A stretch of 64,000 nucleotides of DNA. Source: an uncultured Candidatus Saccharibacteria bacterium (GTDB lineage: Bacteria > Patescibacteriota > Minisyncoccia > Phycocordibacterales > DAORIS01). The DNA lies in contig CAZXUH010000001.1 in the NCBI GenBank assembly GCA_964644035.1, forward strand, positions 67,712-131,711. The letters run 5' to 3'. The notes under the pieces were generated by a model, which ran no database searches, was not told the origin of the DNA, and was given only the letters and a program-made list of their open reading frames with translations. A program made the translations under genes and the position numbers. The stretch's first letter is position 1. Each line of letters starts with the position of its first letter. Shown here piece after piece: positions 29,924-39,148 of this stretch.

Positions 29924-30615
29924 GTGACTTTTTTGTAAAACGTGTGTTTGACGTGATTGGTTATGTATATGAGCATTATGCTGACAAGCCACAATCCGCC
30001 GAACGCCAGCATGAGGCTTCCTTTCTCGCTCCTAATTATAAGCAAGTTATACAAGGTATGCAATCCGGTCGCAATGATAAGTCCGAGCATCAGTCCAAAA
30101 TGTCCGTCTTTGACATGGAAGGTACGAGCCATGCAGATACCGACAATTCCCGAGCAGACTACATGTACAAGAGTAGAGCCTAGGAATCGAGCGTGGGCAA
30201 TGATAAGTCCGGTGACAAATCGTCCTTCCATGAGTGGTATAGCCAAGAAGAGACTATTCTCAAATGCTGCAAATCCTAGTGCAGTCGTAATCATGTAGAT
30301 AACCTCGTCGATAGGTTCATCGGTATCTTTGGTTCTAAGCGCTAAGAAATATGAAAAACCAAATTTTGCCACTTCTTCTATAAGAGCTAGGACGACGACA
30401 AGAAAAACAGGAGATATTCTGAGTTCGACAAAGATTTTTTGAATAGGAATAACTGCAACAACAGCCATCATGCCGCCAAGAAAAGACAATATAAGTCGCA
30501 TACGCGGTTCTGGGTGTTCGCGATCCTCTTTGAGAATAAGCCAGAGCCAGAGAAGTGCTGGTAGAAATCCTGCGGAAATAATGAGAGTAAAGGTGAGTGT
30601 GCCGTGTACGAGCAT
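29917..30615 (-). CDS. PrsW-like intramembrane metalloprotease
   Basis: Polytopic membrane protein carrying the EEVAKF (EExxK), FAAFEN (FxxxE) and HxxxN/HTLYN motifs. Confidence 0.5.
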   Translation of the reverse strand: MLVHGTLTFTLIISAGFLPALLWLWLILKEDREHPEPRMRLILSFLGGMMAVVAVIPIQKIFVELRISPVFLVVVLALIEEVAKFGFSYFLALRTKDTDEPIDEVIYMITTALGFAAFENSLFLAIPLMEGRFVTGLIIAHARFLGSTLVHVVCSGIVGICMARTFHVKDGHFGLMLGLIIATGLHTLYNLLIIRSEKGSLMLAFGGLWLVSIMLIYITNHVKHTFYKKVTI

Positions 30616-30665
30616 TTCTCACATTGTATCAGAAAAAAACAATCAAAAACCCTGTTTATTCAGTG

Positions 30666-32855
30666 TTATTCAATAGAAGGCCAGCGTTCAACCATAAGAT
30701 ATGGCCGGCCGAGAGTTTTTACGCTTTCTGGCATCATGCTCCAGATTTCTTCAGTAACAAAAGGCATAAAAGGGTGAAGGAGTTTGAGATTGGTTGAAAG
30801 AATATGAAGAAGCGTCTGTTGACGAGATTCTTTGGCTATAGCATCGGATCCAGAAACCAGAGGTTTGCTTTCTTCGATAATAATGTCGGCAAAATTGCGC
30901 CAGATATACTGATATATTTTTTCTCCAGCCATGTGATATCGATATGCTTCACAATCGGCAGTAATTTCTTTGATAGTCTCGTCTAGTTGTGCAACAAGAT
31001 TTTTATCAACATCGGTTGTTATCTTTTTTGCATCAAAAGCAACGTTTTCAACACTCGAAAGTACGAAGCGAGTGATATTCCACAACTTATTGGCGAAGTT
31101 TTTATAACCCTTTATTTTATTTTCATCTATTTTGCTATCGGTGCCTGGAGCGGTGCCTACAATAAGCGCCATGCGTCCAGCATCAGCGCCAAATTTGTCT
31201 GCGATGACAAGGGGATCGATACCATTGCCAAGAGATTTTGAGAATTTCTGACCTTTACTATCTCTCACCAAGCCATGTAGATACACGAGTTTAAACGGCA
31301 CTTCATTGACGAAGTATTCTGTCATGAGGATCATACGGGCAACCCAGAAGAATAGAATGTCATGACCGGTTTCAAGGATGCTTGTAGGGTGAAAATCCTT
31401 GAAATGTTCTTTTATCATTTCTTTTTCATCGGGCCAGCCAAGGGTGCTCATAGTCCAAAGTCCTGAAGAGAACCATGTATCAAGCGTATCTTCATCTTGA
31501 ATCCAGCCATCGCCCTTTGGAGCTTCTACATCGGCATGTATTCCTTCTCCTTTATACCAGACAGGGATTCTGTGCCCGTACCAAATCTGACGTGAAATAC
31601 ACCAGTCGCGCAAATTGTCGATCCAATGGAAATATGTTTTTGAAAAATAGTCGGGAATAATACCGATCTTGCCGCTTTCGACAGCACTGCGCATTATTTC
31701 CTTGAGTGTTTTATTGTCTCGGGCAGGAATAGGTTTATTTACATTGATAAACCACTGGAGTTTGGGTAATGGTTCGATAATTCCACCTGTTCTCTCAGCA
31801 GTAGAAACATTTTGCTTAATATCTTCTTCTTTTATCAAAAGATTTTCTGATTTGAGCCATTCGACAATCACTTCTCTAGCTTCTGTCGTTTTTTTATTTA
31901 AAATACGCTCATCACCAACAGTCATTTTTGCAAATTCATTGATGACTTGCTTTACAGGAAGCTTGTGGCGCTCAGCCATATCCCAGTCAATCATGCTGTG
32001 TGCAGGTGTAACTCCAAGTGCTCCAGTACCAAATTCTTTTTCAACGTTTATATCCGCAATGATTTTGATATGTATAGGTACACCGCAAAAATTAGCATCG
32101 TATTCTTTTCCTACATATTGCGCATAGCGTTCGTCTTCGGGATGAACTGCCACAGCCGTATCGCCAACTTTTGTCTCCGGGCGGGTAGTAGAAATAGCGA
32201 TAGGGAAGTCCTTTGAATATTTGAAGGTATAGAGCTTGGCTTGGCGCTCTTCATATACGATTTCATCATCGGAAATAGTAGTTTGACCTTTTGGATCCCA
32301 ATTAATAATACGATTGCCACGATAAATGAGACCATCGTCGTACATTTTCTTAAAGGCTGTGCGAACAGCAAAACTTCTTTTTTCATCGAGTGTAAATGCT
32401 TCTCGACTCCAGTCCACTGATACACCAGTGCGTTTCATTTGTTCGACAATAGTGTCATGACTGTCTGCGGCAAATTTTTCTACTCGTTTGAGAAATTCTT
32501 CCCGGCCAAGCTGAAAGCGGTTTTTACCTTCTGACTTCGAAAGATCTTTTTCGACGCGAGATTGTGTAGCGATAGCTGCATGATCGGTGCCTGGTATCCA
32601 GAGTGTGCGTTTGCCAAGCATTCTATTGAAACGAACCATCATGTCTTCTATGGAAAGCATAAATGCATGACCCATGTGCAGGTTGCCGGTGACGTTGGGT
32701 GGGGGAAGGACTATGGAAAATACAGGAGCGTCGGCTTTGGTAATACCTTTTTTGATCGCTACATCAGGATTGAAGAGTTCTGACTTTTCCCATTCCTTGT
32801 ATATGCGCTGTTCTGTACTGGCCGGGTCGTAGGGCTTGAGGAGCTTGTCGTTCAT
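30666..32855 (-). CDS. valS: valyl-tRNA synthetase (compact, lacks the long C-terminal coiled coil)
   Basis: PPPNVTGNLHMGHA HIGH region, KFSKSLGN KMSKS motif, and an editing domain. Confidence 0.85.
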   Translation of the reverse strand: MNDKLLKPYDPASTEQRIYKEWEKSELFNPDVAIKKGITKADAPVFSIVLPPPNVTGNLHMGHAFMLSIEDMMVRFNRMLGKRTLWIPGTDHAAIATQSRVEKDLSKSEGKNRFQLGREEFLKRVEKFAADSHDTIVEQMKRTGVSVDWSREAFTLDEKRSFAVRTAFKKMYDDGLIYRGNRIINWDPKGQTTISDDEIVYEERQAKLYTFKYSKDFPIAISTTRPETKVGDTAVAVHPEDERYAQYVGKEYDANFCGVPIHIKIIADINVEKEFGTGALGVTPAHSMIDWDMAERHKLPVKQVINEFAKMTVGDERILNKKTTEAREVIVEWLKSENLLIKEEDIKQNVSTAERTGGIIEPLPKLQWFINVNKPIPARDNKTLKEIMRSAVESGKIGIIPDYFSKTYFHWIDNLRDWCISRQIWYGHRIPVWYKGEGIHADVEAPKGDGWIQDEDTLDTWFSSGLWTMSTLGWPDEKEMIKEHFKDFHPTSILETGHDILFFWVARMILMTEYFVNEVPFKLVYLHGLVRDSKGQKFSKSLGNGIDPLVIADKFGADAGRMALIVGTAPGTDSKIDENKIKGYKNFANKLWNITRFVLSSVENVAFDAKKITTDVDKNLVAQLDETIKEITADCEAYRYHMAGEKIYQYIWRNFADIIIEESKPLVSGSDAIAKESRQQTLLHILSTNLKLLHPFMPFVTEEIWSMMPESVKTLGRPYLMVERWPSIE

Positions 32856-32895
32856 GATCTGAATATAGCAAAATTAGGCTTAAATTAAAATCGGA

Positions 32896-34068
32896 TTAAA
32901 AACTAAGGTTACCCTGTGCAACAAATGCATTGTCGCTTGAATGACAATTGTGAAGATATGAAATATATCCAGCCATGGCAATCATAATGGCATTGTCGGT
33001 TGCAAGGGTCTTATCGGGAATATGCAGGTGCATTTTATTGCCATTGTCGTCTTGATTTTTCTTGGCAAGATCAGTGAAGGCGGCACGGATGTGATTGTTG
33101 GCAATAACACCGCCGCCGATGATGAGACTCTGAGCATGGTACATCTCAATAGCCTTTTGTGTTTTGGAAACTATCACTTCTGTAGCAGCATCTTCAAATT
33201 CTCTAGCCAAATCGCATTTGTCTTCGTGGCTAAGATCTTTATTGTCTCTAATTTTGTAGAGGACAGCAGTCTTAAGTCCTGAAAAAGAAAAATCGAGATC
33301 ATGAGAATGAATCATAGGACGAGGCAATTCAAATTTCTTTGGGTATTTATTGGTACGAGCTTCGTGAGCGAGTTTGGATATTTCTGGACCACCAGGATAG
33401 GGCAGACCAAGTATTCGTGCAGCTTTGTCGAAGGCTTCACCTATAGCATCGTCGCGAGTTTTGCCGACAATTTCATACTTTCCCCATGATTTGACCACTA
33501 CGAGTTCGGTATGGCCGCCGCTTATAAGTAGAGCCAGAGCAGGGAATGCAATCTCCTTCTTCGAAGGGTGCATGAGAGGTGAAATAATATGTCCTTCCAT
33601 GTGATTGGTAGGAATGACTGGAATATCCCACATAGCACCAAGTGCTTTTGCAAAATTGACTCCAACCCACAGTGCTGGTTCAAGTCCTGGGCCGTAGGTC
33701 ACGGCGATTGCATCGATATTTGGTTTTTCTATAGAAGGAATGTATTCAAGAAAATCTTTTAGTAAATCATGTTCACGTGAAAGAAGGTCTGAAATATTTT
33801 TTTCTGATTCAGCACTTTTTACTTCTTTAGAAATAGCTTTTTCAAAATCAGCTTCAACAAAAAGTTTTTTTAATAAAGGCACAAGTTTTTTAGCATGCTC
33901 CCTTTTTGCAATTGCGGGAAAGACGCCACCGTATTCACGATGTATGTCGATTTGCGAGAACAGTGTTGAGTGTATGAGCTCAAAATGAGGCCCTGCAAGG
34001 CCTCCAGATGCTCTCACAAGCGACAATGCTGTTTCATCACAACTTGTCTCTATGCCGAGGATATTCAT
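32896..34068 (-). CDS. tsaD: tRNA N6-adenosine threonylcarbamoyltransferase (Kae1/TsaD family)
   Basis: MNILGIETSCDETA, the HMEGH motif, and a C-terminal GG..N. The ORF track extends to TTG 34098. Confidence 0.85.
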   Translation of the reverse strand: MNILGIETSCDETALSLVRASGGLAGPHFELIHSTLFSQIDIHREYGGVFPAIAKREHAKKLVPLLKKLFVEADFEKAISKEVKSAESEKNISDLLSREHDLLKDFLEYIPSIEKPNIDAIAVTYGPGLEPALWVGVNFAKALGAMWDIPVIPTNHMEGHIISPLMHPSKKEIAFPALALLISGGHTELVVVKSWGKYEIVGKTRDDAIGEAFDKAARILGLPYPGGPEISKLAHEARTNKYPKKFELPRPMIHSHDLDFSFSGLKTAVLYKIRDNKDLSHEDKCDLAREFEDAATEVIVSKTQKAIEMYHAQSLIIGGGVIANNHIRAAFTDLAKKNQDDNGNKMHLHIPDKTLATDNAIMIAMAGYISYLHNCHSSDNAFVAQGNLSF

Positions 34069-34110
34069 GCGTGTACAGCCTATACTGTTTTGCTTCAAAA
34101 ATAAAGCAAT

Positions 34111-34141
34111 AAAAAGCCCCGCTCAGTGTGCTGAGCGGGGG
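34111..34141 (-). terminator. terminator of tsaD (minus strand)
   Basis: gccccgctcag-tgtg-ctgagcggggg hairpin with a U-run on the minus strand. Confidence 0.75.
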
Positions 34142-34253
34142 TGGGGAAACCCGTGTAACCCCGGAGGTATTGGCGAAGCGCCGAAGCTGGGCAAGGCCGG
34201 CGGCGTGCCAACGGGGTCAGTATAAAGTAAAGGACGTGTTTTGCAAAGCTTGG

Positions 34254-34310
34254 GCGGCGCGCGCAATACAGAATATCTTGCAACATTCCGTGCAGTTGCG
34301 CGCGCCGCTA
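34254..34310. repeat. perfect 13-bp GC inverted repeat (gcggcgcgcgcaa ... ttgcgcgcgccgc) with a roughly 31-nt spacer
   Basis: Read directly from the sequence. It lies inside the GC-rich segment 34.1-34.35 kb. Confidence 0.8.
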
Positions 34311-34319
34311 TGTTTCGTA

Positions 34320-34811
34320 TCAGCCGAGCGAGTACTCTCTTCTTTCTGACCTTTCCAACTTCGTGGTTGCCTTTTTCTGATTTGCGTCGTGCTTCCACTG
34401 TAGCCGTCTTTTATCGCGAGTAGCGTAATCAGGCTCGAGGCCGAAGGCAGTGAAGCTTTTTCGGCCAGTCTTTGGATCGGTCCACTCTTGAAGTCCACGG
34501 CGCATCATGGCCATGAGCTCGTTGATGAATCTTTGCAGATAACGCCCTTCGCCCAACTTATTGGTTACGGTCAGCGCGTAGAGCCCCTCGCCGCAATACT
34601 CATAGCGCATTGAGAACGTGCCGCTACTAAGCGTGCCGGTGCGAATACAAATACCAACCGACGGATTACATTCTATCCGTAGGTGCTCATGAATCTTGGG
34701 ATCTTTGTTGATCCTTCCTTCTATAATGCGTTCTTGCACTGCTGCAAGTACTTTCATTGCATTCAGATCCTTGGTCTGAGCGCCAATGACACGATGAAAC
34801 TGGGTGGACAT
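34320..34811 (-). CDS. hypothetical protein in a GC-rich insertion
   Basis: Good SD (GGAGGttggctATG) at the 34811 start. About 50% GC, against about 42% in the flanks. No recognisable family. Confidence 0.5.
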   Translation of the reverse strand: MSTQFHRVIGAQTKDLNAMKVLAAVQERIIEGRINKDPKIHEHLRIECNPSVGICIRTGTLSSGTFSMRYEYCGEGLYALTVTNKLGEGRYLQRFINELMAMMRRGLQEWTDPKTGRKSFTAFGLEPDYATRDKRRLQWKHDANQKKATTKLERSERREYSLG

Positions 34812-35106
34812 AGCCAACCTCCATGTAAAAAGAACTGTTCTATCCAAAAGACACATATCTTCTGGGTCTTAGGCATCTCGCGCATATGAAATGCCCAAGA
34901 CCCAAAACAAAACACCCTACGATCGCTCGCAGGGTGTTTTGAATGAGTCTACTTAAACTATATTCATACACACTGCGAGCAATCGACACAAAACACCTTC
35001 GAGAGAAGGGTTGATCGAATGGCTGTCCATGTGTATGAATGGAAATTCATATTTCGCTATAGTAATGAATAAATCAGGAAAGCGCAAGAGGTGATGGGGA
35101 AAAGTG

Positions 35107-35179
35107 TGCGCGGTGAGGGATTCGAACCCCCGGCATCAACAACGTCAATGTTGCGCTCTACCAGCTGAGCTAACCGCGC
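35107..35179 (-). tRNA. tRNA-Val(GAC), CCA not encoded
   Basis: Cloverleaf with acceptor GCGCGGU/ACCGCGC, T-loop GGTTCGAATCC and anticodon loop uuGACgu. Confidence 0.8.
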
Positions 35180-35366
35180 GTATAGTCTGAAAAGACTTAT
35201 CGCAATCTATCAGAAAAATAGTAGTTTTTCAAATAAATTTTTTAAATAAAAAGACCCTGACAGGGGCGTCGGGTTAGAACCACACTGTCAGGGTTGTGCG
35301 CGACGCCACGGTTTTGAGTCGTCTGCACAGGCGTATATTCTCAAATCGCGAAGCAAAGTCAAGCTG

Positions 35367-35453
35367 CGGAAGAGGTGGGATTTGAACCCACGAGAAGCTT
35401 TCGCCCCTGCCAGTTTTCGAAACTGGTGCATTCGACCACTCTGCCACTCTTCC
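35367..35453 (-). tRNA. tRNA-Ser(CGA), type II, CCA not encoded
   Basis: Acceptor GGAAGAG/CTCTTCC, a long variable arm, and anticodon loop uuCGAaa. Confidence 0.75.
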
Positions 35454-35587
35454 ATTGGTTCGCCGAAGGCTTCGGCGAAGGCGACCATGTAAATCCGACA
35501 TAAATCCTATCTAACGCCCTAAAGCCTAGCATTTTTTGCCATTTTCTCAAAAAATGTTAATATCTTTTCACACATCTTGTGTTGTAA

Positions 35588-35665
35588 GGCCCTATCGTCT
35601 AGCCTGGTCCAGGACGCGAGCTTTTCAAGCTTAAAACCCGGGTTCGAATCCCGGTAGGGTCACCA
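35588..35665 (+). tRNA. tRNA-Glu(UUC), CCA encoded
   Basis: GGCCCTA...uuUUCaa...GGTTCGAATCC...TAGGGTCACCA. Confidence 0.8.
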
Positions 35666-35704
35666 ATTTTTTTCTGCTTCTTTCATATTTGCTATAATCT
35701 ATAG

Positions 35705-36106
35705 ATGAAACAAAGCACCGCTTTTGGGATTTCCTTCGCCTTAATTATTATCTCTGGGTTTTTGTATTTCTGTCCGTCTTTTAATAAATCTGAGCCACAA
35801 GTGGTTCCGCAAGTAAATTTTGAATTGCCACGCAGTCAGACTATTGTCGGATATTGGGAATGTTTGCCACACAAAAATACTGGTGGTCCGCAGACACTGG
35901 AATGCGCATTTGGTCTTGCAGTAGATCAGAGCGATGGACACTATGCGATCGATACGGCTCTTATGTCGATGTATCCAGTCGACTATCCAGTAGGAACTAA
36001 GGTAAGGGTGACAGGCATTGTCACTCCAGCCAATCAGCTGAGCAGTATTCAGAAATATGATATCGATGGCATCATTAGAGCGACCGTGATAGAAAAAGTA
36101 CAATAA
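35705..36106 (+). CDS. hypothetical secreted/membrane-anchored protein
   Basis: N-terminal signal/TM segment and four Cys. No recognisable family. Confidence 0.4.
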   Translation: MKQSTAFGISFALIIISGFLYFCPSFNKSEPQVVPQVNFELPRSQTIVGYWECLPHKNTGGPQTLECAFGLAVDQSDGHYAIDTALMSMYPVDYPVGTKVRVTGIVTPANQLSSIQKYDIDGIIRATVIEKVQ

Positions 36107-36471
36107 TGAAGTCAAAAACCATAGCTGAATATATAGAACAAGCACCCAAAGAAGCTCAGAAGAAGCTTCGTGAAATGCAGAAAACTATTCGCTCAGCTGC
36201 GCCAGGAGCAATCGAAGGGATGAAGTGGAGCATGCCAGCTTTTTCATACAAAAGAATATTGGTGACATTTGCGGCATTTAAGCATCATATTGGCTTTTAT
36301 CCCACACCTTCAGCGCTCAAAGCTTTTAAGAAACAGCTCGCAAAATACAAAACTGCTCCCGGTTCGATTCAATTCCCAATAGATAAACCCCTTCCGTTGA
36401 CGCTCATTAAGAAAATAACTGCATTTCGGGTCAAAGAAAGTCTTCAAGAAGATAAAAAGTGGAAGACATAA
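36106..36471 (+). CDS. DUF1801 (YdhG-like) domain protein
   Basis: Length and profile fit DUF1801 (AEYI...AP.....L..M...I....P...E..KW..P.F). Confidence 0.5.
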   Translation: MKSKTIAEYIEQAPKEAQKKLREMQKTIRSAAPGAIEGMKWSMPAFSYKRILVTFAAFKHHIGFYPTPSALKAFKKQLAKYKTAPGSIQFPIDKPLPLTLIKKITAFRVKESLQEDKKWKT

Positions 36472-36497
36472 GAGGATTCAGGTAAGATAAAAGACTG

Positions 36498-37520
36498 ATG
36501 GCAAAAGAAAGACACATAGAAAATAAAACCCTCGTCAATATCATTGTTGGTGTGTTGTTGCTTGGCATAGGTCTTGGGCTTGGATATCTCATTTTTAATA
36601 CCAAATCCTCAGATACAGCTGTCCCAGGAGCAATACGCGAGAATTCTAGTGATTATAAATTCATCAACCCACTCCTTCTCTCTTTGCGTGGAGAATATGA
36701 GGAGTATGAGGGTTTTGCTCCTTTGAAGAAAAGTATTGATGAACAGATTAAGGACTTTGTTGCCACAAAAAAAGCGACTGAAGTATCAGTCTATTTCCGT
36801 GATCTCGACCTCGGCCAATGGACAGGGGTCAATTACAATGAACCATATGCTCCTGGAAGCATGCTCAAGGTGGCAGTGCTCATGGCTTATTTGCAGCTAT
36901 CGGAGCTCAATCCAAGTATTTTGTCCGGTACGATCACCGTGGCGCCTTCAAGTATCAATCTCGATAACAATCAGTATTTCAAACCCGAACATCCCATCCA
37001 ACCAGGACGCACATATACAAAAATCGAACTTCTCAGAGCCATGATTGTCGATTCGGACAACAATGCAACCAATTTACTCGCCCAAGAATTGGGGGAGGAC
37101 AAAATCAACTATATTTATTCAGCATTGCAATTGCCGATTGAAAATAGTCTTGGTATCGACTATATGTCGCCAAAACTGTACTCTCGTCTTTATCGCACGC
37201 TGTATAACTCTTCATTCCTTTCTCAACGCGAATCAGAACAAGTATTGCAGATACTCAGTCAGGCCAATTTTAAACAAGGTTTGGTTGCGGGTGTACCTGC
37301 AGACATAGAAGTAGCGCATAAATTTGGTGAACTTGGCTTTCTTGATGATGTGGGTAAACTAACAGATCTTGAATTGCACGATTGCGGCATTATTTATTAT
37401 CCAAGACATCCTTATTTCCTTTGTGTAATGACCAAAGGTAGTGATTATCCAACACTTGGTAATGTAATCGCAGCTATCTCAAAAACTGTTTGGGAGGCGC
37501 ACGATAAACTCTATAGGTAG
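36498..37520 (+). CDS. class A beta-lactamase-related serine hydrolase, membrane-anchored
   Basis: N-terminal TM helix; SMLK (SxxK), SDN and a KFG (KTG-like) triad in the right order and spacing. Confidence 0.6.
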   Translation: MAKERHIENKTLVNIIVGVLLLGIGLGLGYLIFNTKSSDTAVPGAIRENSSDYKFINPLLLSLRGEYEEYEGFAPLKKSIDEQIKDFVATKKATEVSVYFRDLDLGQWTGVNYNEPYAPGSMLKVAVLMAYLQLSELNPSILSGTITVAPSSINLDNNQYFKPEHPIQPGRTYTKIELLRAMIVDSDNNATNLLAQELGEDKINYIYSALQLPIENSLGIDYMSPKLYSRLYRTLYNSSFLSQRESEQVLQILSQANFKQGLVAGVPADIEVAHKFGELGFLDDVGKLTDLELHDCGIIYYPRHPYFLCVMTKGSDYPTLGNVIAAISKTVWEAHDKLYR

Positions 37521-37522
37521 TT

Positions 37523-38452
37523 TTATTTCTTAGTGTGTACGTATTGATAGATATCTTCGAGAGCTTTGATAGCATCGCCGACTGAAATATTGTTTTGATG
37601 ATAGAGACCATCGGTAGAATCACCAGCTGCCCATATACCGTCGAGCGAAGTTCTTTGGTTTTTAGGATTTACTATGATTTGATTGTATTTATCGAGATCT
37701 ACCACATCTTTTGCAAAATTGGTATTTGGAATAGAGCCAATTTCTACGAATATGCCTTTGACGGGCAATTCTGTTGTCTGACCAGTTGTTCGGTCTTTAT
37801 ACACGATTCCATTTACAAATTTTTCTCCTTTAACTTCTACTATCTCAGCATTCCTTACCGCTTTCATATTTGGTCGTGAAAGGACTTTTTCTACAGTAAT
37901 AGCATCGGCTTTTTCAAAATCATTGCCACGATGAATAAGGGTTACGCTTTTGCAATAAGCAAGAAGCTGAGCCGCACTTTCAAATGCTGCATTGCCAGCG
38001 CCTATCACCGCTACATCCATATCTGAGAAAAGTGGACCATCGCACGATGCACAGTAAGTAAGGCCTTTATTATCAAATTCTACTGCACCTGGAGCTTCGA
38101 GCTTTCTTCGAGAGCTGCCTGTCGCTATGAGCACTGTGCGGGCTTCAAAGCTGTCTTTATTGGTCTTTATAGAAAATCCATCGGCAATTTTGTCTATTTT
38201 TTCTACCCAATGATTCTCGACAACGTCGACGACATCATTGCGGTAATAAAGTAGATGGGCTTTGAGATCGTCGCAGAGTTTTTGGCCGCTTATCGATATC
38301 GTACCAATCCAGTTTTGAATATTGTCTGAAACAACGCTCTGACCATTGAAGTCTTTGGTAATAAAAACAGTCTTGAGCTTCTTGCGAGCAGCATAGACAC
38401 CAGCTCCGACGCCGGCTGGCCCGCCGCCAATGATTGCGAGATCGTATTTCAT
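37523..38452 (-). CDS. trxB: thioredoxin-disulfide reductase
   Basis: FAD motif AIIGGGPAG, redox-active CASCDG, and a second Rossmann GAGNAA. The internal Met at 38452 is the likely start. Confidence 0.85.
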   Translation of the reverse strand: MKYDLAIIGGGPAGVGAGVYAARKKLKTVFITKDFNGQSVVSDNIQNWIGTISISGQKLCDDLKAHLLYYRNDVVDVVENHWVEKIDKIADGFSIKTNKDSFEARTVLIATGSSRRKLEAPGAVEFDNKGLTYCASCDGPLFSDMDVAVIGAGNAAFESAAQLLAYCKSVTLIHRGNDFEKADAITVEKVLSRPNMKAVRNAEIVEVKGEKFVNGIVYKDRTTGQTTELPVKGIFVEIGSIPNTNFAKDVVDLDKYNQIIVNPKNQRTSLDGIWAAGDSTDGLYHQNNISVGDAIKALEDIYQYVHTKK

Positions 38453-38555
38453 AGGGAATATATTATAGCAAATGAATAGCCGCCGATACATTGACAGTCT
38501 GTGTTTTGGAGGTAAAGTAATCTAAAAGTTCAATCTATACTCGAAAGGAGTCACT

Positions 38556-39122
38556 ATGGCCGGAGTGAGGATAACTATCAGTGGTCTGGCAGGTACGGGC
38601 AAGGGCGTTGTTAGTGAGGGCTTAGCAGAACATTTCAATTGTGCTTTGGTCTCGGCAGGTACGTATTATCGCGGTTTGGCAAAAGAGCTTGGTATGAGTC
38701 TTGGAGCATTCGACGAGTTGTGCCTTAAAGATCCTACGTATGACAAGATGGTCGACGATCGCACTCGTAAAGCAGCCCTCGATCATGATTCGTTTGTGCT
38801 CGAAGGCAGACTGGTCAATTTTCTTGTTCCAGATGCGATTAGTCTGCTTCTTGTTACAGATTACAAACAGACTCGTTACGAACGGATCTCCAAGCGTGAA
38901 AAAATCCCATACTGTCTAGCGGTCCGACAGACCATGATGAGGGAAAACAGTATGGAAATACGCGCAAAAAGAGATCATGGCAAGTCCATTGAGGAGTTGT
39001 ATAATCACGACAACTTCACCAATGGTATGTATACCAATCGTATATCGCTCGAAGAAATGGTGCCGATGGCTGTTCAGCTCGTTGTGAATTGCTTGACTGC
39101 CTCCGAATCAAAATCCCCCTGA
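38556..39122 (+). CDS. cytidylate kinase-like P-loop kinase
   Basis: P-loop ISGLAGTGKG, and a size and fold consistent with archaeal-type CMP kinase. Confidence 0.5.
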   Translation: MAGVRITISGLAGTGKGVVSEGLAEHFNCALVSAGTYYRGLAKELGMSLGAFDELCLKDPTYDKMVDDRTRKAALDHDSFVLEGRLVNFLVPDAISLLLVTDYKQTRYERISKREKIPYCLAVRQTMMRENSMEIRAKRDHGKSIEELYNHDNFTNGMYTNRISLEEMVPMAVQLVVNCLTASESKSP

Positions 39123-39148
39123 CTTGAGGTCTGGGGGATTTTTTTTAT
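39113..39148. terminator. bidirectional terminator (cmk-like / ftsZ)
   Basis: atccccc-tgacttgaggtc-tgggggat hairpin followed by T8. Confidence 0.7.

Noticed and set aside
29924-30000. CIRCE (HrcA) heat-shock operator upstream of hsp20
   Set aside because: No TTAGCACTC-N9-GAGTGCTAA-like inverted repeat is present. hsp20 appears to be co-transcribed with or overlapping the PrsW-like gene.
34140-34230. Possible SRP (4.5S) RNA in the GC-rich hairpin ...ccccggagg...gcgaagcgccgaagctgggcaaggcc...cggggtc
   Set aside because: It folds into a long imperfect hairpin and has a GAAGC..GGCAAGG stretch loosely reminiscent of domain IV. It lacks the conserved GGAAG...AGCAGCC...GNRA-tetraloop arrangement. 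It is kept only as an unassigned structured element in the findings.
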